Positions 32,396 through 41,711 of a stretch of 64,000 nt of DNA are shown here, piece after piece. The stretch comes from Gammaproteobacteria bacterium (GTDB lineage Bacteria; Pseudomonadota; Gammaproteobacteria; Eutrophobiales; Eutrophobiaceae), in the NCBI GenBank assembly GCA_965261165.1, contig OZ253445.1, positions 1,369,082 to 1,433,081 on the forward strand, written 5' to 3'. The notes beneath the pieces were generated by a model. It had not been told where the DNA came from and made no database searches. It saw only the letters and a list, made by a program, of their open reading frames with translations. A program made the position numbers and the translations under genes. Each line of letters begins with the position of its first letter. Position 1 is the first letter of the stretch.

Positions 32396-32997
32396 ATATT
32401 TCAACTAAAGAAATAATCCTTTTTAGTATTATCGCAGCTCTATGTGCAATTTTTTTATTGTTTAGCCATGAGCTGACCAAGGAACGTATTTCTGAAAATA
32501 TAAAAATGCAAAGGTTGCAGGTAATTACTGCAGTCATGACAGATGATTTTGATAATGATATTTACCACGATGTGAAACTTATTGATTATACGGATGATTC
32601 TGGAAACAAATTAACAACCAACGCCTACAGAGCACGAAAATCTGACAACTCTGTCGGTGTAGTCTTTATGCCCATCCTTGCCACAGGTTATAACGGTTCA
32701 ATTCAGTTATCGATTGGTATTCTTGAGAATGGTTCTATATTTGGCGTTCAAGTATTGTCACATCATGAAACAGAAGGTCTTGGTAGCAATATTCATCAGG
32801 ACGAGACGGACTGGTTGAGTAATTTTGCACAGCAGTCTTTCGATATCACTACAATGGGACAATGGACTGTCAAAGATAAATCTGGCAAATTTGATCAGCT
32901 GAGTGGCGCAACAATTACCTCTTGTGGTGTTATCAACGCTGTTAAAAATAGTCTAAAACTGTACATGACCAATCAGGACACCTTGTTTCTAGATTAA
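32392..32997 (+). CDS. rnfG: electron transport complex subunit RnfG
   Basis: The product has an N-terminal TM segment and an FMN-binding domain signature (SGATITSCGVINAV). It overlaps the rnfD stop. Confidence 0.8.
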   Translation: MNISTKEIILFSIIAALCAIFLLFSHELTKERISENIKMQRLQVITAVMTDDFDNDIYHDVKLIDYTDDSGNKLTTNAYRARKSDNSVGVVFMPILATGYNGSIQLSIGILENGSIFGVQVLSHHETEGLGSNIHQDETDWLSNFAQQSFDITTMGQWTVKDKSGKFDQLSGATITSCGVINAVKNSLKLYMTNQDTLFLD

Positions 32998-33237
32998 GGT
33001 TTTTCAGACAATTTATTGAGATATGGAAATAAATACTTGAGGGTAAAGATTATGACGCTAACCGAAGACCTACCTGATTCACCGAAGAAGATGTTGTACA
33101 TCAACGTAAGCTTGCAAAGACAACTCTTGCATTTATCTTTGCAGTCAATGATCTGCCATGTAAAAATTTAAGACAAAACTATCAGACAGAACGATTCTCG
33201 TTTCTGGTATTTAAAACGCCCGTAGACTCTGAATGAT

Positions 33238-34362
33238 ATGTCATTAGCTATATCAGAACTTGTTGCACAAGCTAGCTCAGGTGACCTTGATACTCAGCTC
33301 CAGCTTGCAGAATTATATGAGAGCGGGTTTGGTATGCCTGTTGATTTTGCTCAGGCTACCTATTGGTATCGCAAAGCTGCGAAGGCAGGATCGGCAAAGG
33401 CACAGAATCAATTAGGATTGTTCTTTATCAATGGCAAAGGCGTAGTACAAGACAATGCAAAAGCATTTCTTTGGTTCTCTTTATCGGCAAATCAAGATTA
33501 TGATAGTGCCCAGGCAAACCTAGCTTGGTGCTATCAATGTGGCATTGGCGCGGAGAAAGACTATGTAAAAGCCTTTAAATGGTATTTAAAAGCTGCAAAT
33601 AATGGGCATGCTGGGGCCAGATATAATCTGGGATACATGCATGCACATGGTCATGGCACCGATAAAAATTATACAGACGCCTTTCGATGGTATGCCCGAG
33701 CCGCTAGACAAGGGCACGTAAAAGCACAACTGAATGCCGGGCTAATGTGCATGAACAGTCAAGGAACAGAACAAAATTATGAACAGGCATTCGAGTGGTA
33801 TCAAGATGCTGCTATGCATGGATATGATAAGGCTCAATATAATCTTGGACTTTTATACCATCACAGTCTTGGCGTTGAGCAGGATTATGCCAAGGCGGCG
33901 AAATGGTTTCAGAAGGCGGCTGAACAGAGCTACGCAAAGGCAAATTATCAACTGGGGAAAATCTATCTGGAAGGGCTTGGCTTTCCTTCAGATGATGTAA
34001 AGGCAGCCAAATTTTATCAACTAGCCGCTGATGCTGGTTATGCCAAGGCGCAGTACCGAATGGGGCGGCTTTACCAAAAGGGCTTGAGTGCAGATCAAGG
34101 CGAAAAGACTGCCTACAACTGGTTTAGAAAGTCAGCAAAGAAAGGATATTTAAAGGGTCAATATGCCACCTCAATACACCTAGCAAAAGGGCTTGGCGTT
34201 ACTAAAGATTATGTCAAGGCATATGCTTGGGCGCTACTCGCCAACGAATCAAAAAATCCTTATGCCAAAAAACTATTATCTAAAATTAGCGCAAAATTGA
34301 CTGAGTGCCAAATCATTGAGGCTAGGGCACTTGCGGGAAAATGGTATGATGAGCAAAGTTAA
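33238..34362 (+). CDS. Sel1-repeat (TPR-like) protein
   Basis: It has about 9 tandem Sel1 repeats (AxxWYRKAAxxGxAxAQxxLGxxY). Confidence 0.75.
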   Translation: MSLAISELVAQASSGDLDTQLQLAELYESGFGMPVDFAQATYWYRKAAKAGSAKAQNQLGLFFINGKGVVQDNAKAFLWFSLSANQDYDSAQANLAWCYQCGIGAEKDYVKAFKWYLKAANNGHAGARYNLGYMHAHGHGTDKNYTDAFRWYARAARQGHVKAQLNAGLMCMNSQGTEQNYEQAFEWYQDAAMHGYDKAQYNLGLLYHHSLGVEQDYAKAAKWFQKAAEQSYAKANYQLGKIYLEGLGFPSDDVKAAKFYQLAADAGYAKAQYRMGRLYQKGLSADQGEKTAYNWFRKSAKKGYLKGQYATSIHLAKGLGVTKDYVKAYAWALLANESKNPYAKKLLSKISAKLTECQIIEARALAGKWYDEQS

Positions 34363-34377
34363 CTAACTTTGAAATAG

Positions 34378-35808
34378 TCATAACACTGGAGAATTGATAG
34401 TCGGTGATACTTTATTTTTTCCCTCGCCATTTTCCCAATTATGCTGTTCATCAATTCTTTTAGTTTCAACATTTTTCCATTTCAGAATGTCATAATAGCG
34501 TCTAATATTTTCCACATAAGTCACAGGTTCGCCCCCTCTGGCATGGCCATGCTCAGTTTTCTGATGCCATTGCTCATCTGCTAACAAAGGTAATCTTTCT
34601 CTTACATCCGACCATTTATCAGGATCGTCGCCCTGAGATTGGGTTAATATTCTGGCATCTTCCAGATGCCCAAAACCTACATTGTAGGCAGCAAGAGCAA
34701 GCCATAGCCTATTCTCTCCCTGAACCCTTTCCGGTATTTTATTTATCATTTTAATCAGATAACGTGCACCCCCTAGAATGCTCTGTTCCGGATCGAGTCT
34801 GTTCTCAACACCCAATGATTTAGCTGTATCTGTTGTTAACATCATCAACCCTCGTACGCCTGTAGAAGATTTTGCTTCTGGATTCCAGTGGGATTCCTGA
34901 TAACTCATTGCTGCCAGGAGTAGCCAATCCAGTTCTGTTTCTCTGGCTGATTTTATAAATAGATTTCTGAATTTCGGCAGGTTGTTATGAATACTCTCTA
35001 TAAACACACGCGTATCAATATAATCAAAAGATTTTGCATGCCTGTAATAACGGTTGATTAATTTATCCAACGAACCATCATTATTAATGCGTTTGAAAAA
35101 ACTTTCAACCGCATTACCTAGTGAGCGATCATTATTTCGTCGATATACCCATGCGACAGGTAATTCCCCGGTGATATCGAAAGCAACCCTGACTTCAGGA
35201 AAGATATAACGATACATGGCTACCCAATTAGAATCCGCAATTGCAATTGGCGCATTTTCATCATTTACCATCTTGAGAATCTCTGTCATGCTCTTATTTT
35301 CAAGCACGCGCCAAGCAAGATCCGGATGATAAAAACTTATTTTTTTTAACAGTGTTTGATAAGACTCATCTTCACCAATAATGATCTCATCTTCTTTGAG
35401 GTATGCAATTGATCTTGGTTTTCTATTTTTCTGATGATAAATGAGCTGTCTCTTCGCCGTAATATAAGCTGGGGCATATTCAAGCGTATTGTTAGGGTAA
35501 TCAGATAAGGCTAATGCGGAAGAGCCTATATGGGCTTTATTATTATTGATCAGTGAAGACACATCATGCTTGTTTTCCGCAATAATTAAATTCAAATCGA
35601 GGTCCAGACTATCAGCAAACATGCTGGCCAATTCGTATTCAAGACCTTCGGCCTTACCATCTGAACCTTTATAGTAGGTTAGTGGACTTTCTACAGTGAC
35701 GAACCGTAACTCGCCAGACTCACGGATTTTTTCCAGTAGTGTCTTCTGATCACTACAAACCGAAAGCGCCAATACGCAGAAAATAAATAATAGAGACCTT
35801 TGCATCAT
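34378..35808 (-). CDS. mltF: membrane-bound lytic murein transglycosylase F
   Basis: The product has a signal peptide, a solute-binding-protein-like domain and an SLT domain (AAMSYQESHWNPEAKSSTGVRGLMMLT). Confidence 0.8.
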   Translation of the reverse strand: MMQRSLLFIFCVLALSVCSDQKTLLEKIRESGELRFVTVESPLTYYKGSDGKAEGLEYELASMFADSLDLDLNLIIAENKHDVSSLINNNKAHIGSSALALSDYPNNTLEYAPAYITAKRQLIYHQKNRKPRSIAYLKEDEIIIGEDESYQTLLKKISFYHPDLAWRVLENKSMTEILKMVNDENAPIAIADSNWVAMYRYIFPEVRVAFDITGELPVAWVYRRNNDRSLGNAVESFFKRINNDGSLDKLINRYYRHAKSFDYIDTRVFIESIHNNLPKFRNLFIKSARETELDWLLLAAMSYQESHWNPEAKSSTGVRGLMMLTTDTAKSLGVENRLDPEQSILGGARYLIKMINKIPERVQGENRLWLALAAYNVGFGHLEDARILTQSQGDDPDKWSDVRERLPLLADEQWHQKTEHGHARGGEPVTYVENIRRYYDILKWKNVETKRIDEQHNWENGEGKNKVSPTINSPVL

Positions 35809-35849
35809 TCAAAACCGCTGAATAAAGCGTACAAACAATATCATTATTT

Positions 35850-35987
35850 TTATAAAGTTTGTATGAAACAGTTTCATTTTGCGAGAATTCTCCTTTAATC
35901 GTCACAGCAATAGCATAAAACCCCTCAATGAGCGTGTTTTAGTTATTACTTATCCATTATCGAGCATTCAGACATAATACATCTACA
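35850..35987 (+). repeat. 150-bp repeat family R2 (forward copy), abutting the left end of IS relic copy 2
   Basis: It is near-identical to the reverse complement of 22290..22438. Confidence 0.8.
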
Positions 35988-35989
35988 AG

Positions 35990-37276
35990 GACTTATCGAT
36001 TAATAGCTCGAAACATGAGATGACCCGACATGCAAAACGGGTCTTATTGATGCGCAAACACCAACAAAATAGGTTGTTTATAACACTAGACGATCTTATA
36101 GCAGCAGAGCATCCCTAGCCTAAGCTTGAGGCCTTATTGTCATTCGATGAGCTGGCTAAACCTTAGGTTAAGCTCTATTCGGTTAAAGGTCATAAAGAAA
36201 AAGGGGTGGCCTTTGGCTTACGCGCCCTGGTGTTACAATTCATGGAAGATATGAGCGCTCGTGAAATGGAATGTTTTTTGCGAATGGATTTTTTTGCAAG
36301 AGAATGTTCTTTGCAAGAGAACATTTCTGGAACATGCTGTTACCCATTGGGCTTAGGAGAGAAGACCCCAGATCACAGTAATCTTGGTGATTGTCGAAAA
36401 CGTGATGATCTTCGAGAACGCTTGGACACAAAAAACTGAATGGCGATTCTTAACCGTGTTGGTGAAGAACTGAAGTCTATGGATTTAATGCGCCAAGTGT
36501 TGACCTTTGTTGCTGCCAGTCACTTAGGTGAGTCAGCTAAGCACTTGGGACGATAGAGATCGTGCCATTCAGGCCGGTTTAGAGAAGTTTAATCATAAGA
36601 CCGCTGAAACAATAACGGTTGCTCAGCAGGCACGCTTTGGTGGTAAGGGCGGTAACCAGTTTTGCTAGGGTGATAAAGAACACATATTGATTGCTAGGCG
36701 AAGTGGTTTAATCAATAAGATTGCGGCTACATCGGCGATAATAACCGATGCTGAAGGACTTGCTCACGTTTGCCCCACAGGAGGTGCTGTCTTTGGTGAT
36801 AAGGGGCACTGTGTGAACCTGGGCAAAACCACCATCAAGCGCAAGGGCTGTCATGATGCCACGATCAAGCCAGCCAATATGCAAGGCAAAGAGACTAAAT
36901 AAAGAGCGTTGGCTTGCAGCCATGCGTTCAGCCTATGAACGTGTCTTTGCTCACCGTAACCGGCGGGTTGGTTATCGTGGTTTGCAGAAGGTGCAATCTC
37001 AGTAGGCATCCGTGTACTGACTTTCAACCGCAAAAGAGTGATGACACTGGGTTTGAAGACATAGATAGATTGGGTTTTGAAGACATCAATTCAATACCTA
37101 CCCAAGGTAAATACCAAGGCAAATACTAGGGTAAATCCGCCTTCCATTTACCTAAAGGGCAGACCTAAGGCACTAATAGCCTAAAATAGCCCATTGGGCC
37201 TTAAATAAAGCGGACTTATTGTCGTTTATTTGAACAAATATTTGCATTTTGACATTGTTCTAGATTAACCGACAAG
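35990..37276 (+). mobile_element. IS5-family-like insertion sequence relic (copy 2), about 1.29 kb
   Basis: It is colinear and near-identical with 6552..7816, including the same frame disruptions. Its ends are GGACTTATCGATTAAT and ATTAACCGACAAGGCC. A few small indels separate it from copy 1, for example a GAATGTTCTTTGCAAGA duplication. Confidence 0.6.
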
Positions 37277-37373
37277 GCCATGAGGTGAGTAATAAGGTCA
37301 GTGATATATCGAGATAGATTGCCATTATTTTGGTTACGGTGGCATCTCATCTTCTAACGAAGTGATATAAGAA

Positions 37374-37739
37374 ATGATTACATACGCTTACTGGTTTTTG
37401 GTGATTGCGTTGATTGGTGCGACTGCATTTTTTGTTGGATTTCGAATGGATGCATGGAAGGCAACCTTCGTAGTCTCTGCACTCATCCTGTTAACAGGAT
37501 GGGGGGCTTATTATTTTCACTTCCAACAGATCTTTGTTAAGAAATGGGGCGGGGTGATGTCGGTGTCCGTGCCTGATGGTCAGCGGCATATTCATTCAAC
37601 CTGGAAAGATGAAAATCTATGGATTGAGAATTACGATCCGCAAACAAATACCTGTCATTTCAATGAATACTCCAGAGGCAATCTGTTACAGGGCAATGTG
37701 CAGATAAAAAACTGTAATCCCTTATTAGATCAGGAGTAA
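37374..37739 (+). CDS. hypothetical small membrane protein (2 predicted TM segments)
   Basis: The 121-aa ORF starts about 100 bp downstream of the IS relic right end. It has a hydrophobic N-terminal half. No recognisable family was found. Confidence 0.4.
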   Translation: MITYAYWFLVIALIGATAFFVGFRMDAWKATFVVSALILLTGWGAYYFHFQQIFVKKWGGVMSVSVPDGQRHIHSTWKDENLWIENYDPQTNTCHFNEYSRGNLLQGNVQIKNCNPLLDQE

Positions 37740-37937
37740 ATAGAGATTACTTTACTGAAACCTTCTGCTGATTAAGGGGGTGTAATGTGATGAGCTTGGT
37801 AAAGCCGTTAATAGTCCTGTGAATAATGGCGAAGAATTGATCAAGAGAATATAGTAAGCCTATTAAACAGATTTTGAATTTTTAGGCGCTGATATTAACA
37901 TCACCTATCTCAATAATTCCAAAGGGTTGTCATTTTT

Positions 37938-38711
37938 ATGCTAATTGTCATATCCCCAGCGAAGACGCTTGATTTCGAAACGGTACCGATGACGAAAATT
38001 CATACGCAACCTGAATTTTTGAAACAATCTCGGCAACTGATTAAGCAGCTCAAGGAATTAACACCCGTTGAAATCTCCTCATTAATGAAGATCAGCGACA
38101 AACTTGGTGCGCTAAATTCCGCGCGTTTTAATGCGTGGAAAACACCTTTTACTTTAGATAATGCCAAACAGGCTTTATTGGCATTTAGAGGTGATGTTTA
38201 CACGGGTATTAATGTGGAATCTTTTACTAACCAAGATCTCAAGTTTGCACAGCAGCATTTAAGAATATTGTCTGGGCTTTATGGTGTATTGCGGCCACTA
38301 GATTTGATTCAGGCATATCGATTGGAAATGGGAACAGGCCTTGAGAACAAGAAAGGTAAGGATTTGTATAAATTTTGGTCAGTAAAATTGACTGATCAAA
38401 TCAATCAGGATATCAAGGCCAGCAAAAGCAAACATTTAATTAATCTGGCATCAAATGAATACTTTAAGTCTCTACAAGCAAAAAACATTAATGCTGAAAT
38501 CATTGTCCCGGTGTTCAAAGATTATAAAAATGGGCAGTATAAAATCATTAGTTTCTTTGCCAAGAAGGCACGAGGCTTAATGAGCACATATATCATCAAG
38601 AACAGGATAAAAGACCCCGAAGAGATCAAAGCCTTTAATGTCAATGGCTATAAATTTTGCAAATCAGAATCTAACGATAAGAATAAGGTGTTTCAACGTA
38701 AGCAAAATTGA
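37938..38711 (+). CDS. yaaA: peroxide stress protein YaaA (UPF0246)
   Basis: The product begins MLIVISPAKTLDF and contains AYRLEMG. Confidence 0.85.
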   Translation: MLIVISPAKTLDFETVPMTKIHTQPEFLKQSRQLIKQLKELTPVEISSLMKISDKLGALNSARFNAWKTPFTLDNAKQALLAFRGDVYTGINVESFTNQDLKFAQQHLRILSGLYGVLRPLDLIQAYRLEMGTGLENKKGKDLYKFWSVKLTDQINQDIKASKSKHLINLASNEYFKSLQAKNINAEIIVPVFKDYKNGQYKIISFFAKKARGLMSTYIIKNRIKDPEEIKAFNVNGYKFCKSESNDKNKVFQRKQN

Positions 38712-38882
38712 TAAAAAGATGGTTTTCAGGCGCGGAATGGGATAAGTTTCATGTATTAGCAGTTTTTGTGGCGGTTTCGGTTAGCTCTTCGCAATGTATA
38801 GCAGTAGGCATTCCGTGATGTTTCGTAAACAATATGCATGCTAATACATTGTTTTTTTATTAATTAATAAGGGGTTAAAGAA

Positions 38883-39086
38883 ATGGCTATGGGTACAGTG
38901 AAATGGTTTAACGATAGTAAAGGTTTCGGATTTATTACACCAGATGATGGCAGTGCAGATGTATTTGTTCATCATAGTTCTATTAATGCCGAAGGATTCA
39001 AGTCTCTCTCTGAAGGTCAGGCTGTAAGTTTTGATGTTGAGATGGGCGCTAAAGGTCCAAGTGCATCCAACGTGACTGCGCAATAG
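38883..39086 (+). CDS. cspA: cold-shock protein CspA family
   Basis: The product contains [15 protein letters not shown] (RNP1) and VFVHHS (RNP2). It is 67 aa. Confidence 0.95.
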   Translation: MAMGTVKWFNDSKGFGFITPDDGSADVFVHHSSINAEGFKSLSEGQAVSFDVEMGAKGPSASNVTAQ

Positions 39087-39132
39087 AAGAATAGGCTAGA
39101 AGTTTTTAGCATATTTTTTAGCATATGAAAGA

Positions 39133-39157
39133 GGCCTCGTAATGTGAGGCTTTTTTT
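39133..39157 (+). terminator. Rho-independent terminator after cspA, possibly bidirectional
   Basis: The stem GAGGCCTC...GAGGC is followed by TTTTTTT. It lies between convergent cspA and the GGDEF gene. Confidence 0.55.
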
Positions 39158-39220
39158 ATGGAGAATAAATATTGAGGTCGAGCGCCTGATTAAGCAGCCT
39201 ATGATTTATTCTTGAGAAAT

Positions 39221-40012
39221 TTATGATTTATTCTTGAGAAATTCGATGGTATTCCCACCTTTCTCTTTTGCTATTACTAATGCTTTATCTGCGATAGCTA
39301 TAATTTCATGGACATCTAGTTCATCGCCTGCACTGGGCTTGACTTCTGTAATACCTATACTGACAGTTAAATTGATTACTCCATCCTCACTGCCAGTATC
39401 AAATTTTTCTCCTTCTATGACGGAGCGCAATCTTTTTGACACAAACATGGTTGGTTTAATATCTGTTTCAGGCAAAAGACAAATATATCTATCGCTATCA
39501 CGCGCTATGATATCAGTCGCTCTTAAGTCATCTCTGAGGATTTCTGCGGTATCCTGAAAGATTTCGTCACTAACTTGACGTCCATATTTTTCTTTCATTT
39601 TATTATACTCATCAATTTCTACTACAGCACAGCAAAAGACTCTATCGTAACGTTTTGCCCTGACCATCTCGTTTTGAAATAAAGAATCAAAATGCGTCTT
39701 GGTATAGAGCTGGGTTAATGCATCTGTGATGGCCATGAACTGCATTTTGAGAAAAGTTTCGTACTGCTTCTTTACCAATTTTCTGACGTACAAATAAGCC
39801 GTTAACAGGAAAATAATAAGGACAATGCCTCCAGTCGTAGCGATAATACTTGGATCTGCAAGTTGTTTCTCGTAAACGATCAATCCTATAATTGCGATAA
39901 AAATAGGCATCAGGAAGAAGATGCTTATTTTCTGAGTAATTGGCACCTTAAGGTTTGGCTGATTTGATAGTTCAAGGTTTGGCTGATTTGATAGTTCTTC
40001 GTTATCAGGCAC
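39221..40012 (-). CDS. membrane-anchored GGDEF-domain protein with a degenerate active site (SDRYI in place of GG[DE]EF)
   Basis: It has 2 N-terminal TM segments. The GGDEF fold is recognisable (QLYTKTHFDSL, RAKRYDRVFCCAVVEID, LTVSIGIT, ADKALVIAKEKGGNTIEF), but the motif position reads ARDSDRYICLLPET. Confidence 0.7.
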   Translation of the reverse strand: MPDNEELSNQPNLELSNQPNLKVPITQKISIFFLMPIFIAIIGLIVYEKQLADPSIIATTGGIVLIIFLLTAYLYVRKLVKKQYETFLKMQFMAITDALTQLYTKTHFDSLFQNEMVRAKRYDRVFCCAVVEIDEYNKMKEKYGRQVSDEIFQDTAEILRDDLRATDIIARDSDRYICLLPETDIKPTMFVSKRLRSVIEGEKFDTGSEDGVINLTVSIGITEVKPSAGDELDVHEIIAIADKALVIAKEKGGNTIEFLKNKS

Positions 40013-40634
40013 TGAAAGACCCCCTCCCTAATCAAAAGAAATTTGAATCTGTATTTTAAAATCTTAACTCGTAAGCAACAGATAATAACACTATTAATGT
40101 GACGATATTATCACAGATATGTCTCATTCTGACCTAACAAAATGTTGTAAATTGAATTTAGGGCAAGCTCGTTAATTACTGATATTGCAATGGCATCTTA
40201 CTACATATTTAAAGTAGCGAGAACAATTCCGCTTAATGAAATGGAAAACGGTATTGTGATTTTTAAGTTGAAATTCATTTAGACGGGAAAATAGTTAAAC
40301 AGGATATGGGTTAGCCGCGTTTCAAATAATTCATTCATTGGTGGGCAATGTATATGACTCATGCGCCCTGATGTAATTAGCTGTGTTTTTAATTGAGAGC
40401 TTCGCATAAATCAACTTAGCGACAAAATGTTCCTGATTTTTTGTCAAAAACCGGTCATTAGCTTGTTAAAAACGACATTTTTGTCGCAATAGGAACAGGT
40501 TTAATCTCTCTTCTGTCAACATTTTGAATTATGTAAAGGTCTCTAATTATTTTATTTAAAATTATTTCAATGATAAATCAATGTTACATTATAATGTATA
40601 ATTTCCTTATTTAAATCAAACTTTTATATCTTTT

Positions 40635-41702
40635 ATGACCTCTGAATTAAAAAATGATCGGTTTATCCGGGCATTACTCCGACAATCTGTTGATGTCACG
40701 CCTGTCTGGATGATGCGGCAGGCTGGCCGTTACTTACCTGAGTATAGGAAGACTCGAAAACGGGCTGGTAATTTCTTAAATTTGTGTAAAACACCAGAGT
40801 TGGCTTGCGAGATCGCCTTACAACCACTTGAGCGCTACTCATTGGATGCTGCAATCCTTTTTTCAGATATCCTGACCATTCCTGATGCGATGGGGCTTGG
40901 ATTGAACCTTATTGAGAAAGTTGGCCCTCAGTTTGATAAACCGGTGAGGACAGCAAGTGAAATTAGAGTCTTATCAGTCCCTGATCCTGAATCCGATCTA
41001 GGTTATGTGATGGATGCAGTCAGGCTAATTCGTAAAGAATTGGATGGTCGTGTGCCGTTGATTGGTTTCTCCGGCAGTCCGTGGACATTGGCAACCTATA
41101 TGGTTGAGGGTGGGCCGACCAAGGAATTTGGCCTAGTTAAAGGGTTGATGTATGACGACCCTGCGTCTATGTATCATTTATTAGATGTTCTGGCAGATTC
41201 CATTGTTTTGTATCTGAATGCACAGATTGCAGCAGGCGCTCAAGCGGTCATGATTTTTGATACCTGGGGTGGAATTTTAACTCCGGCAAGTTACCAACAA
41301 TTTTCCTTGCAATACATGCAGAAGATAGTGAGTCAGCTTGATCGAGAGTATGATGGACAAGTGATACCTGTAACATTGTTTACCAAAGGTGGTGGTGACT
41401 GGATCAAGGATATTGCAGCCACAGGATGTGATGCTATTGGCGTTGATTGGAGCAAAAACATGAATGATGCCCGTTCTGAAGTTGGTAATCAGGTGGCTTT
41501 GCAGGGTAATCTTGATCCCTGCGTTTTATATGCTTCTCCCGAAGTGATTAAACGGGAAATTGCTACAGTACTGGAAAGTTTTGGGCACGGGAATGGCCAT
41601 GTATTTAATCTCGGACATGGCATACATCAACATATTGATCCTGAAAATGTTGCTGTTTTTGTCAACGCAGTGCATGAATTGAGTGGGCAGTATCACACAT
41701 AA
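40635..41702 (+). CDS. hemE: uroporphyrinogen decarboxylase
   Basis: The product contains [31 protein letters not shown]. Confidence 0.95.
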   Translation: MTSELKNDRFIRALLRQSVDVTPVWMMRQAGRYLPEYRKTRKRAGNFLNLCKTPELACEIALQPLERYSLDAAILFSDILTIPDAMGLGLNLIEKVGPQFDKPVRTASEIRVLSVPDPESDLGYVMDAVRLIRKELDGRVPLIGFSGSPWTLATYMVEGGPTKEFGLVKGLMYDDPASMYHLLDVLADSIVLYLNAQIAAGAQAVMIFDTWGGILTPASYQQFSLQYMQKIVSQLDREYDGQVIPVTLFTKGGGDWIKDIAATGCDAIGVDWSKNMNDARSEVGNQVALQGNLDPCVLYASPEVIKREIATVLESFGHGNGHVFNLGHGIHQHIDPENVAVFVNAVHELSGQYHT

Positions 41703-41711
41703 GGATCAAAA

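Noticed and set aside
33100-33150. Inverted repeat CTTGCAAAGA...TCTTTGCAG after rnfG as a regulatory site
   Set aside because: It is most simply the rnfG transcription terminator hairpin. The stem is imperfect and there is no supporting second site.
6540-37290. Target-site duplication or flank exchange for the IS relic (ATGAG left of copy 1 and right of copy 2)
   Set aside because: A 5-bp coincidence is easily chance. The copies are in direct orientation, so recombination between them would delete and would not swap flanks. No true target-site duplication was found around either copy.
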